Shown here piece by piece: positions 18,244 through 27,479 of a DNA stretch of 64,000 nucleotides. The first letter of the stretch is position 1, and each line of letters begins with the position of its first letter. This stretch comes from Alphaproteobacteria bacterium (lineage in GTDB: Bacteria > Pseudomonadota > Alphaproteobacteria > SHVZ01): contig VGEH01000002.1 in NCBI GenBank assembly GCA_016869375.1, positions 2,044 to 66,043 on the forward strand, written 5' to 3'. The notes beneath the pieces are model-generated. The model was given only the letters and a program-made list of their open reading frames with translations, did no database searches and had not been told where the DNA came from. The translations under genes were made by a program, and so were the position numbers.

Positions 18244-19926
18244 TTAGGCCTCGAGCCAGATCTCGTTGCACTCGATGTACTGGGTCGGGTGCATCCTGAA
18301 GCCCTTCATCTTCTTGTCGCAGTAGGTGAAGACCTTGCGGAAGAGCGGCTGCACCAGCGGCCCGTCATTCTGCAGGATCTCCTGCAGACGCTTCACATGA
18401 ACGCGCCGCTTCTCGACATCGGCGGTCGCCTCGGCCTGGTCGAGGACCTTGTCGAACTCGGCGTTCGAGAAGCCCGACTCGTTCCAGGGAACGCCGGTCC
18501 GGTAGGCCAGCGCCAAGCACATGACACCGAGCGGGCGGTGGGACCAGTCGCCACACGCGAAGGGTGCGGTGTTCCAGACCTTGTTCCATTCCGGCGAGGG
18601 CAGCACTTCGAGCCGGACCTTGATGCCGACCTCGGCCCATTGCTGGATCATCACCGTCGCCACGTCCTTGGTCCAGTTGTTGGAGACCGTGAGCGGGACC
18701 GGGATTTCGATGCCATTCGGATAGCCGGCCTCGGCCAGCAGCTTCTTCGCGAGATCCTTGTCGTGCTTGAAAGGCGGCATCGGCGCGTATTCCGGATGCA
18801 CGGGAGCGACATGGTGATGCTCGGCGCGCGAGCCGATATCACCGAAGGTGATCTCCGCCACCTTGTCGTTGTCGGTCGCGTGCCGCATGGCCTTGAGGAC
18901 GCGGTTGTCGTCGAAGGGCTTCTTCGGGTAGGCGCGCGCATGCACCGTGGCGCCCGTGCCAACCGAGTAGAAGTCCAGATCAGGCAGCCGCTTCAGGATC
19001 GGCAGCTGAGAAGGGTTGGTGGCGACGATCGAGTGCACCTGCTTGGAGGCCTGGGCCGCGACTTCCGCTGCCGGATCGTCGCCGAGATCGACGAAGATCA
19101 CCTCGTCGAGATAGGGCCCCTTCCCCCAGTAGTCCTTCCGCGCCTTCATCACCGCGCGCTTGGAGATGTCGTACTCGACGAGGTCGAAGGCGCCCGTGCC
19201 GTTCATGCCGACCCCGAGCCTGCCGTTCTCGGTGGGGTCGACGATGAAGAACGGGTAGTGGAAGAAGTGCTCCGGCACCGCGAGCTGCGGGGCCCGCAGG
19301 TTCATGCGGACGGTGAAGTCGTCGACCTTCTCGATCGCGTTCGCGTCCCAGAGCTGCGATGTCATGCGCGGCTTGCCCTGGGCGTCGTTCTCGCCCGAGG
19401 GGACATCGACCGTCATGTAGCCCTTCATCAGGCCCAGCACCGAGGAGCCCGTCTTCGGATCGAGCACGCTCTTGATGTTCCAGATCACCTGGTCGGCGTT
19501 GAGCGTGCCGCCTTTCCGCCACTTCACGTCCTTGCGGATCTTGAGCGTCCAGGTCTTGAGGTCCTCGCTCGGCTGCCAGCTTTCGAGCAGCATCGGGCGG
19601 GTGACGTTGTCCGGACCGGTATTGGCGAGGTACTCGACCATCTGTCGCGCCAGGTTGCTGGTCGGGACGTTGCCGGTGCGGTGCAGGTGCGCCGTCTCGC
19701 GCACACGCGCACAGAGGCGGAGCGAGCCTCCGCGGCGGGGCGTGCCCTGGGCAAGCGCCTCGGGCACGACCGCGCCCTTGTCGATCTTGCCGGCAAAGGC
19801 ATAGGCGGCCGAGGCGCTGACGCCGAGCAGCGTCGCCGTGCGCAGGAACTCGCGGCGGTCGCACTTGCCTTCGGCGAACAGCGACTTCAGCTTCGGGATG
19901 TAAGAATGTTCGCGGTCACGGGACAT
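18244..19926 (-). CDS. ABC transporter substrate-binding protein, family 5 (peptide/nickel/opine type), Tat-exported
   Basis: Start MSRDREH (cat 19924-19926), 560 aa. Twin-arginine signal CDRREFLRTATLLGVSASAAYAFA. Confidence 0.88.
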   Translation of the reverse strand: MSRDREHSYIPKLKSLFAEGKCDRREFLRTATLLGVSASAAYAFAGKIDKGAVVPEALAQGTPRRGGSLRLCARVRETAHLHRTGNVPTSNLARQMVEYLANTGPDNVTRPMLLESWQPSEDLKTWTLKIRKDVKWRKGGTLNADQVIWNIKSVLDPKTGSSVLGLMKGYMTVDVPSGENDAQGKPRMTSQLWDANAIEKVDDFTVRMNLRAPQLAVPEHFFHYPFFIVDPTENGRLGVGMNGTGAFDLVEYDISKRAVMKARKDYWGKGPYLDEVIFVDLGDDPAAEVAAQASKQVHSIVATNPSQLPILKRLPDLDFYSVGTGATVHARAYPKKPFDDNRVLKAMRHATDNDKVAEITFGDIGSRAEHHHVAPVHPEYAPMPPFKHDKDLAKKLLAEAGYPNGIEIPVPLTVSNNWTKDVATVMIQQWAEVGIKVRLEVLPSPEWNKVWNTAPFACGDWSHRPLGVMCLALAYRTGVPWNESGFSNAEFDKVLDQAEATADVEKRRVHVKRLQEILQNDGPLVQPLFRKVFTYCDKKMKGFRMHPTQYIECNEIWLEA

Positions 19927-20188
19927 GGTGCGTCTCCCCAGGGCGCAAAGCCGGGGACGGCCGACTTCCGGCCGCCCTCCTTCTTTCTGATCCGAAAGCG
20001 TCGCCTCGCGCGGTATCGCCAAATGGATCAAAGGCGACGCTTAGTGGTCGGAGGGCGACCAACGTTCCGTCACGAAACGCGGCGCTGATTCCGACCCGAG
20101 ACGGTCGCATTTGGCTGACCGGAAGGAGCCTCCTGCCGTAACATCCGGCCGGGTTTCCGGTCGATATTCAGGGGGTTCGATCCGGGCG

Positions 20189-21130
20189 ATGGCGCGGCTG
20201 ATCGCACAACGTCTGTTCAATTCGCTCGTGTCGATCGCGCTGGCCTCGGTCGCCTTGTTTCTCATTTTCGAAATGTCGCCCGAGACCGTCGCCGCCGATG
20301 CGCTCGGCCAATACTCGACACGCGAGCAGCGCGACCTCTGGCTCGCCGCCAACGGCTATTTCGAGCCGATGCATGTGCGCTTCCTCGACTGGGTCCGGCG
20401 CTGCGTGACCGGCGAGTTCGGCCAGTCGAGACTCTACAACCGGCCGGTTTCTGAAGTGCTCGGCCCCAGGCTCTGGGCATCGGCGATGCTCGCCATGCTC
20501 TTCTTCTCCTTCCTGATCCCGTTGTCCTTAGGCCTCGGCATCGCCGCCGGCATGCGCGAAGGCTCCCTGCTCGATCGCGGCATCTCGCTCGCCTCGATCC
20601 TCACCACCTCGGTGCCGCCCTTCGCCAGCGCCGTGCTGCTGACCGCGATCTTCGTCTTCTGGCTTGGCCTGCTTCCCGGCACATCGAGCATGGTCGACGG
20701 CTTCCGCTGGAAGGAGCTGATTCTGCCGGCCGCCGTGCTGCTGCTCTACGACTTCGGCTACCTCGCGCGCATCACCCGCGCCTCGATGGCCGACGTGATG
20801 CAGACCGCCTATATCCGCACCGCGGTGCTCAAGGGCCTGCCGAACTGGTGGATCATCCTTAGGCACGCGCTGCGCAACGCGCTGATCCCGCCCTTCACCG
20901 TGATCATGCTGCAGATCAACTGGCTGATCGGCGGCGTCGTGGTCGTCGAGTTCTTTTTCGCCTACAAGGGATTCGGCTCGCTGATTCTCGAAGCCTCGCT
21001 GACCCACGACCTCTTCCTGCTGCAGGCCTGCACCGCCGTCTCGGTGCTGCTCGCGGTCGGAACCCAGACCATCGCCGATATCGGCTATGGCCTGCTCAAT
21101 CCGCGCATCCGCGTGGCGGCTGTGAAATGA
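20189..21130 (+). CDS. ABC transporter permease (DppB/OppB-like)
   Basis: Start MARLIAQRLFNSL (ATG 20189). EAA-loop region YIRTAVLKGLP. Ends ...LLNPRIR. Confidence 0.88.
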   Translation: MARLIAQRLFNSLVSIALASVALFLIFEMSPETVAADALGQYSTREQRDLWLAANGYFEPMHVRFLDWVRRCVTGEFGQSRLYNRPVSEVLGPRLWASAMLAMLFFSFLIPLSLGLGIAAGMREGSLLDRGISLASILTTSVPPFASAVLLTAIFVFWLGLLPGTSSMVDGFRWKELILPAAVLLLYDFGYLARITRASMADVMQTAYIRTAVLKGLPNWWIILRHALRNALIPPFTVIMLQINWLIGGVVVVEFFFAYKGFGSLILEASLTHDLFLLQACTAVSVLLAVGTQTIADIGYGLLNPRIRVAAVK

Positions 21131-21981
21131 CCGACACGACGCAGACCACGCCGACTCTACGCTCGCTGCTCGCCGAGAGCCCGATCCTCGTCGCCGGGCT
21201 TTCGATCCTGACCTTCTGGCTGCTGGTCGCGATCTTCGCGCCCTTCATCGCGCCCTTCGGGCCCAACGAAAACCTGATCCCGATGGCGATGCCGGGAACA
21301 CGCGTGCCGGACGGCCGCCTCATGCTGTTCGGCGCCGACCATCTCGGCCGCGACATACTCTCGCGCATGATCTATGGCGGCCGCACGGTCCTGACCTACG
21401 CGCCGCTGGCGACGCTCTGCGCCTACTCCGTCGGCGTCACCCTCGGGCTCCTCGCCGGCTACAAGGGCCGCTGGATCGACGAGCTGCTGTCGCGCTTTGC
21501 CGACCTCGTCCTCGCCTTCCCGGTCATCGTCCTCTACATCGTGATCATCCAGAAATTCGGCGCCTCCGGGCTCAACATCCTGATCGCGGTCACGCTCGCC
21601 TCCAGTCCCGGCATCATGCGGCTGGTGCGCGGCGTGGTACTCGACCTCCGTACCCGCGCCTATGTCTCCGCGGCGCAGATGCGCGGGGAGTCGACGCTCT
21701 ACATCATGTTCGTCGAGATTTTGCCGAATGCGCGCGGGCCGCTGATCGTCGATGCCTGTCTCCGCCTCGGCTACGTCACCATCACCATCGGCACGCTGGG
21801 CTTCCTCGGCCTCGGCATCCCACCGCCGACGCCGGACTGGGGCAGCATGATCAACGAGTCCCGGCACTTCGCGCTGGTCTTCCCGCACATGGCGATCTTC
21901 CCCTGCCTCGCCGTGTCGTCGCTCGTGCTCGCCTTCAACCTGATCGCCGACGGGCTTCGCGAGATCTCGCTGGCCGACTGA
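21127..21981 (+). CDS. ABC transporter permease (DppC/OppC-like)
   Basis: 284 aa. LFGADHLGRDILSRMIYG, YVSAAQMRGES. 4-nt overlap with the upstream gene. Confidence 0.88.
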   Translation: MTDTTQTTPTLRSLLAESPILVAGLSILTFWLLVAIFAPFIAPFGPNENLIPMAMPGTRVPDGRLMLFGADHLGRDILSRMIYGGRTVLTYAPLATLCAYSVGVTLGLLAGYKGRWIDELLSRFADLVLAFPVIVLYIVIIQKFGASGLNILIAVTLASSPGIMRLVRGVVLDLRTRAYVSAAQMRGESTLYIMFVEILPNARGPLIVDACLRLGYVTITIGTLGFLGLGIPPPTPDWGSMINESRHFALVFPHMAIFPCLAVSSLVLAFNLIADGLREISLAD

Positions 21982-24026
21982 TGACCGAGCCCCTCCTCCG
22001 CCTCGACGGTCTTTCGGTCTCTTACCGCACGCGGCGCGGCGCGGTGCCGGCTGTCGTCGACGTCTCGCTCGCGCTCAAGCGTGGCGAGAGCCTCGGCCTC
22101 GTCGGCGAGTCCGGTTGCGGCAAGTCGACCATCGCCTTCGCGATCATGCGCTGGCTCGCCGGCCGCGGTCAGATCGCCGGCGGCCGCGTGCTGTTCGAAG
22201 GCCGCGACATGGCCGAGATGTCGCGCGAGGAGCTGCGCCGGATCCGCGGCAAGCGCATCGCCATGGTCTTCCAGGAAGCCATGTCGGCGCTCAATCCCTG
22301 CCTCACCGTCGGCGCGCAGCTCACCGAGGTGCTCAGGTTCCACGAAGATATCGTCGGGCATGAGGCCGAGCGGCGATCGAAGGACATGCTCGCCGAAGTC
22401 CGCATCCCCGATCCCGACCGCGTCTTCCGCGCCTTCCCCCACGAGATCTCGGGCGGCCAGCAGCAGCGCGTGGTGATCGCCATGGCACTGCTCGCCAATC
22501 CGGCCGTGCTGCTGCTCGACGAGCCGACCACCGGCCTCGACGTCACGGTCGAGGCGAGCGTCGTTCGCCTGATCGCCGAGATCAGCCGGCGCTTCGGCAC
22601 CGCGCTCCTCTATATCTCGCATAACCTCGCGCTGATCTCGCGCGTCTGCGAGCGCATCGCCGTCATGTATGCCGGCGAGATCGTCGAGGAAGGCCCGACC
22701 CGTCGCATCCTGACGGCCCCCATCCATCCTTACACACGTGGCCTCATCAGTTGCCTGCCGGAATCCGGCGCCGACAAGATCGCGCGCCCGCTCTCGCCGA
22801 TCCCCGGACAGATCCCGGCGCCGTGGGAGCGCGCATCCGGCTGCTTCTTCCAGCCGCGCTGCGGCTTCGCGGTGGACGGGCTCTGCAATACCTCGCACCC
22901 GCCTCTGGTCACTGACGGCAAGGGCTCGACCGTGCGCTGCCTCCGCGCCGACGAGATCGGTGCGGACCGCATCGTCGCCGCTGCGAGCGAGGCGCTCGCG
23001 CCGGGCGAGGGCATCGCGGTCACTGTGGATCAGCTCAGCAAGGATTACCGCCTGACGCCGCCCGGCTTCCGCGGCCTGCTGCCCTTCGCCGAGCCGCTCA
23101 GGATCCGCGCTAACGATCACCTGACCTTCAACGCCGACCAGGGCCGCACGCTCGCCATCGTCGGCGAGTCCGGCTGCGGCAAGTCGACCTTCGCGCGCGT
23201 GCTGACCGGGCTGGAACGCGCCACCGGCGGCCGCCTCGAGGTCGCCGGCCAGGACATCGCCCGCCTGTCGGTCATCGATCGCAGCCGCGACCAGCTCCGC
23301 GCGCTGCAGATGGTGTTCCAGAACCCCGACGAGACGCTGAACCCGAGCTACAAGGTCGGCCGTCAGATCGCGCGCGTCGCCAGCCGGCTCCTAAATCTCG
23401 GCCGCAAGGAGCGCGCCCAGCGCGTGCGCGACCTCTTCGCCGAGATCCGGCTTCCCGCCGGCATCGCCGACCGCAAGCCGCGCCATCTTTCCGGCGGCCA
23501 GAAGCAGCGCATCGCCATCGCGCGCGCCTTCGTCGGCCGGCCGGACATCGTCGTCGCCGACGAGCCCGTCTCCGCGCTCGACGTCTCGGTGCGCGCCGCG
23601 GTCACGCAGCTGCTGATGGAGATCCAGCGTACCAACGGCACGACGCTGATCCTGATCAGCCACGACCTGGCGCTGGTGCGCTACGTCGCCGACACCGTCG
23701 TCGTCATGTATCTCGGCCAGGTGATGGAGGCCGGCACCACGAGCCAAGTTTTCTCGGCCCCGCACCACCCCTACACCGAGGTCCTGCTCGCCGCGCAGCC
23801 GAAGCTCGAAGGCGATCGCGGCCTCGACGCACCGGTCGAGGGCGAGACACCGAGCCCGCTCGATCCGCCGAAGGGCTGCCCGTTCCATACGCGCTGTCCG
23901 CGCAAATTCGGAGCGATCTGCGAGACGACTCGGCCGCCCGAACAGGTGACGCCGGCCGGCCACCGCATGGCCTGCCATATCCCGATGGACGAGCTGGCCC
24001 GCGTCCAGGAGAAAGTGACGACATGA
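21981..24026 (+). CDS. fused double ABC ATP-binding protein (DppD-DppF type)
   Basis: 681 aa with two cassettes: GESGCGKST twice, ISGGQQQR and LSGGQKQR, LLLDEPTTGLD and VVADEPVSALD. Confidence 0.9.
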   Translation: MTEPLLRLDGLSVSYRTRRGAVPAVVDVSLALKRGESLGLVGESGCGKSTIAFAIMRWLAGRGQIAGGRVLFEGRDMAEMSREELRRIRGKRIAMVFQEAMSALNPCLTVGAQLTEVLRFHEDIVGHEAERRSKDMLAEVRIPDPDRVFRAFPHEISGGQQQRVVIAMALLANPAVLLLDEPTTGLDVTVEASVVRLIAEISRRFGTALLYISHNLALISRVCERIAVMYAGEIVEEGPTRRILTAPIHPYTRGLISCLPESGADKIARPLSPIPGQIPAPWERASGCFFQPRCGFAVDGLCNTSHPPLVTDGKGSTVRCLRADEIGADRIVAAASEALAPGEGIAVTVDQLSKDYRLTPPGFRGLLPFAEPLRIRANDHLTFNADQGRTLAIVGESGCGKSTFARVLTGLERATGGRLEVAGQDIARLSVIDRSRDQLRALQMVFQNPDETLNPSYKVGRQIARVASRLLNLGRKERAQRVRDLFAEIRLPAGIADRKPRHLSGGQKQRIAIARAFVGRPDIVVADEPVSALDVSVRAAVTQLLMEIQRTNGTTLILISHDLALVRYVADTVVVMYLGQVMEAGTTSQVFSAPHHPYTEVLLAAQPKLEGDRGLDAPVEGETPSPLDPPKGCPFHTRCPRKFGAICETTRPPEQVTPAGHRMACHIPMDELARVQEKVTT

Positions 24027-25729
24027 TCCGAAGCGAGATGATCGCCACCCGCACCGAAGTCGCGGGATCGAAGGGCGTGTGTGCGGGCGGGCATCCGGCC
24101 GAAGTCGCGGCCGGCATCGCCATGATCGAGGCTGGCGGCAATGCCATCGACGCCGTGGTCGCCGCCGCCTTCGTCGGCTTCGTCGTCGAGCCGGCCTCCT
24201 GCGGCATCGGCGGCTACGGCCACCTCGCCGTCTTCCTCGGCAAGGAGAAGCGCTTCGTCACCTTCGATCACTATGTCCGCGCGCCATCCGCGGCGCGGCC
24301 GGACATGTTCGAGATCGATCGGAAGAAGCCGATGAAATACTATGGCTTCCCCTACACGATCGGCATGAAGGCCGAACAAGGCCCGCTGGCGCCGGCGGTG
24401 CCGGGCGCCGTCGCCGGGCTCTGCGACGCGCATCGCATGTTCGGCAGGCTGCCGCTCGCCAAGGTGCTGGAGCCGGCGATCGCCGAAGCCGAAGCCGGCA
24501 TCGAGGTCACCTGGCAGCTTCTCTTGCCGATCTCCGAACGGCTGGCCGCGATCCAGGCGCTGCCCGCCACCGCCGCTTGGCTGCTGCGCAAGAACATGCC
24601 GCCGAAAGCCGCGAGCCAGCTCGGCGGCGGCGACCGCCTCGACGGTACCGATCTCGCGAAGACGCTCCGGCGCATCGCCGAAAAGGGCGCCGCAGGCTTC
24701 TACGAAGGCCCGGTCGCTGAGGCGATCGAGCGCCACGTGACGAGCCAGGGCGGCATCCTGACCGCCGCCGATCTCGCCGCCTACAGGACGCGCATCCTCG
24801 AAGAGAAGCCGACCCGCTATCGCGGCCTCAACTGCAACACCGCCTACGACCAGGTGACCTACGAGGCGCTCAACATCCTCGAATGCTTCGACCTCAAGGG
24901 CCTCGGCAGGGACAGTCTCGCCTTCCGCCATCTGGTCGCGGAAGCGCTCGCCTGCGGCTTCATCGACAGCATGACGCATTACGGCGATCCGGATTTCGAG
25001 CGCGCCCCGGTCGAAGGCCTCGCCAGCCCCGAATTCGGAAAGATGCGCGCCCAGCAGCTCCGCATGGACCGCGCCTTGCCCCGTCCCGTCGCCGCCGCGG
25101 ATCCCTGGCCTTACGACAACTCGGCCGAGCGGCCGACGCGGATATCCGGCGAGCCCGGCATCGCCAAGCTCGCGGGCACAAGCCAGATGGCCTCTGCCGA
25201 TGCCGAGGGCAATGTCTGCGCGCTGATCACCAGCCTGACCAGCGGCTTCGGCTCGCTGATGATCGTGCCGGAGACGGGCGTGATCCTGAACAACTCGATG
25301 CAGAATTTCGACCCGCGCCCCGACCAGGCGAACTGCATCAAGCCCGGCAAGATGCCGATCTTCGCCGCGCCCTCGCTGGTCGCCGAGAAGGACGGCCGCG
25401 CCGTCTTCGCCGGCTGCGGCTCCGGCGGCTACCGCATCACCACCGGCGTGCTGCACGCCTTCCTGCACGCGACCGATTTCGGCATGGGACCGCAGGCCGC
25501 GGTCGACGCACCGCGCATCCACTGCCAGGGCCAGGAGACCTTCGTCGACGCGCGTGTGCCGCAGACGGTGCGCGACGGCCTCGCCGCGCTCGGCCACAAG
25601 GTCGTGGTGCAGGCGGAGTCGCCGGGCCTCAACGCCTTCGCCCGCGTCAACGCCATCACGGTCGACAAGGACGGCACGATGCGCGCCGGCACCGGTCCCG
25701 CCTGGGCCACGGCGGCCGCCGCGTGCTGA
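24023..25729 (+). CDS. gamma-glutamyltransferase family protein (paralog 1)
   Basis: 568 aa. GGNAIDAVVAAAF; autoprocessing/nucleophile region LAGTSQMASADAEGNVCALITSLTSGFGS; GGYRITTGVL...DAPRIH. Confidence 0.88.
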   Translation: MIRSEMIATRTEVAGSKGVCAGGHPAEVAAGIAMIEAGGNAIDAVVAAAFVGFVVEPASCGIGGYGHLAVFLGKEKRFVTFDHYVRAPSAARPDMFEIDRKKPMKYYGFPYTIGMKAEQGPLAPAVPGAVAGLCDAHRMFGRLPLAKVLEPAIAEAEAGIEVTWQLLLPISERLAAIQALPATAAWLLRKNMPPKAASQLGGGDRLDGTDLAKTLRRIAEKGAAGFYEGPVAEAIERHVTSQGGILTAADLAAYRTRILEEKPTRYRGLNCNTAYDQVTYEALNILECFDLKGLGRDSLAFRHLVAEALACGFIDSMTHYGDPDFERAPVEGLASPEFGKMRAQQLRMDRALPRPVAAADPWPYDNSAERPTRISGEPGIAKLAGTSQMASADAEGNVCALITSLTSGFGSLMIVPETGVILNNSMQNFDPRPDQANCIKPGKMPIFAAPSLVAEKDGRAVFAGCGSGGYRITTGVLHAFLHATDFGMGPQAAVDAPRIHCQGQETFVDARVPQTVRDGLAALGHKVVVQAESPGLNAFARVNAITVDKDGTMRAGTGPAWATAAAAC

Positions 25730-27402
25730 AGCCCGGTTCCGTCGTCCTCGGCCGCGCGCCGATCAGCGGGCGCAAGGGGGCCGTCGCCTGCGGTCACCCG
25801 GAAGCAGCAGAGCTCGGGCTCGAGGCGATCCGGCGCGGCGGCAATGCGGTCGATGCGGCGATCGCCGGCGCCTTCGCCTCCTTCGTCGTCGAGCCGCAGA
25901 TGTGCGGCATCGGCGGCCATGGCCGCATGTCCGTCTATCTCGCCGGGAAGAAGCAGGCGATCGGCATCGACCATTTCATCCGCGCGCCGCGGGCGGCGAC
26001 GCCGGAGATGTACTCGGCGGCCCTGACCCGCTGGCGCAATGCCGGCTGGGGCGGTGTCGAGGGCGCGATCAACACCACCGGCCATCTCTCGGTCGGCATC
26101 CCCGGCACCATCGCCGGGCTCTGGGAAGCGCATCGCCGCTTCGCCAGGCTGCCTTGGCGGTCGCTGGTCGGCCCTGCGATCGAGCTGGCCAGGGCCGGCG
26201 TCGCCGCCGACAATCGCCTGGTCGTCTCCATCGCCGGCCGCACCGGCGAGATCCGCCAATACCCTGAGGCAGCAAAGCTGCTGCTTCCCGACGGAATCCC
26301 GCCCCGCCCGGCCAATGCCGGCGGCGCGCTGCACCGCTTCGACTTCTCGGACATGGCGAAGACGCTGGAGGCCATCGCCGCGAAAGGTGCGGCCGCCTTC
26401 TATGACGGCCCGATCGCTGCCGCGATCGATGTAGAAATGAAGAAAGCCGGCGGGCTCCTGACCGCCGAGGATCTCGCCGGCTACAAGCCCGACGTCTTCG
26501 AGCAGCCCTGGTACGACTACCGCGGCCGGGGCTACGTCACCTGCGGCGACCTGATCTTCACCGAGGCGCTCAACATCCTGGAGCGCTTCGACCTCGCGGC
26601 GCTCGGCCAGGGGACGGCCGAGTCATTTCACCTGATCGCCGAGGCGCTGGCGCAGTCCTTCGCCGACAATTTCGCCCATGCCGCCGATCCCCGCCACCTG
26701 AAGGCGCCGCTCGAAGGCCTGGCGAGCAAGGCCTTCGCCGCGGTCCAGGCCGCGCGCATCCGGAAGGACCGGGCGCAGGGCAAATACGAGCCGGGCGATC
26801 CCTGGCCGCATCAGGGTCCGACGCCCTCGGTGCCGCCAACGCCTTTCGAGGGCACGACCCAGATCGCCGCCGCCGATGGCGACGGCAACATGGCGAGCCT
26901 GATCACCAGCCTCGGCAGCGCCTTCGGCTCGCTCGTGCTGATCCCGGGCACCGGCGTCTTCCTCGGCAATGCCATGCAGTGGTTCGACCCGACGCCGGGC
27001 CGCGCCAACTCGGTCGGGCCGGGACGTATGCCCCTCTACGCCGCGCCGGTCGCGATCTTCCGAGAAGGGAAGCATGCACTCGGCGCCATCGCCGGCTCGG
27101 GCGGCTACCGCATCCCCACCGCGATCTTATTTTCTTGCTTGAACTATCTCGACTATCGAATTGATCCACAAACATCAATCGACACTCCACGCCTTCACAC
27201 AGAAGGCGATGAAGTGGAGGTCGACACGCGCATCGCGCCTGAAGTGGTTGAGCGGCTGAAGGCCCTCGGCCACCGGGTCCGGCCGGTCGACGGTACCGGC
27301 CTTCCGACCTCCTTCGGCCGTCCTTCCGCCGTCTGGCGTGACGCCGATGGCAGCCTGATCCCCGCCGCCGACGCCCGCTCGGGCGGCGTGGCCGCCTTCT
27401 GA
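25723..27402 (+). CDS. gamma-glutamyltransferase family protein (paralog 2)
   Basis: GTG 25723 (VLKPGSVVLGRAP...), in frame in ORF 24883..27402 and overlapping the GGT1 stop by 7 nt. GGNAVDAAIAGAF, EGTTQIAAADGDGNMASLITSLGSAFGS, DTPRLH. Confidence 0.85.
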   Translation: MLKPGSVVLGRAPISGRKGAVACGHPEAAELGLEAIRRGGNAVDAAIAGAFASFVVEPQMCGIGGHGRMSVYLAGKKQAIGIDHFIRAPRAATPEMYSAALTRWRNAGWGGVEGAINTTGHLSVGIPGTIAGLWEAHRRFARLPWRSLVGPAIELARAGVAADNRLVVSIAGRTGEIRQYPEAAKLLLPDGIPPRPANAGGALHRFDFSDMAKTLEAIAAKGAAAFYDGPIAAAIDVEMKKAGGLLTAEDLAGYKPDVFEQPWYDYRGRGYVTCGDLIFTEALNILERFDLAALGQGTAESFHLIAEALAQSFADNFAHAADPRHLKAPLEGLASKAFAAVQAARIRKDRAQGKYEPGDPWPHQGPTPSVPPTPFEGTTQIAAADGDGNMASLITSLGSAFGSLVLIPGTGVFLGNAMQWFDPTPGRANSVGPGRMPLYAAPVAIFREGKHALGAIAGSGGYRIPTAILFSCLNYLDYRIDPQTSIDTPRLHTEGDEVEVDTRIAPEVVERLKALGHRVRPVDGTGLPTSFGRPSAVWRDADGSLIPAADARSGGVAAF

Positions 27403-27479
27403 CCGATGCCCGTCGCTTTGCGGCAGGACCCGGCGCCTTCCGCGACGTGAGATGACCCGCTCCACCTAGAGGATTCGAG

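Noticed and set aside
19998-20061. Inverted repeats GCGTCGCCT-N25-AGGCGACGC and TGGTCG-gaggg-CGACCA in the 262-bp divergent region upstream of the Dpp-like operon
   Set aside because: Both are real in the sequence. However, they are short, GC-rich repeats with a long or irregular spacer, of a kind expected by chance at this base composition. There is not enough evidence to call them an operator or a riboswitch.
20171-20187. gggggttcgatccgggc, superficially like a tRNA T-arm (GGTTCGATCC)
   Set aside because: The flanks cannot form the 5-bp T-stem (GGGGG against CGGGC). There are no acceptor, D or anticodon arms around it. It sits just upstream of the permease start codon.
24883-25722. 280-codon N-terminal extension of the second GGT ORF (track ORF 24883..27402, 839 aa)
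   Set aside because: The extension overlaps the 3' half of GGT1 in another frame and translates to Arg/Pro-rich nonsense. The family-conform N-terminus begins right after GTG 25723.
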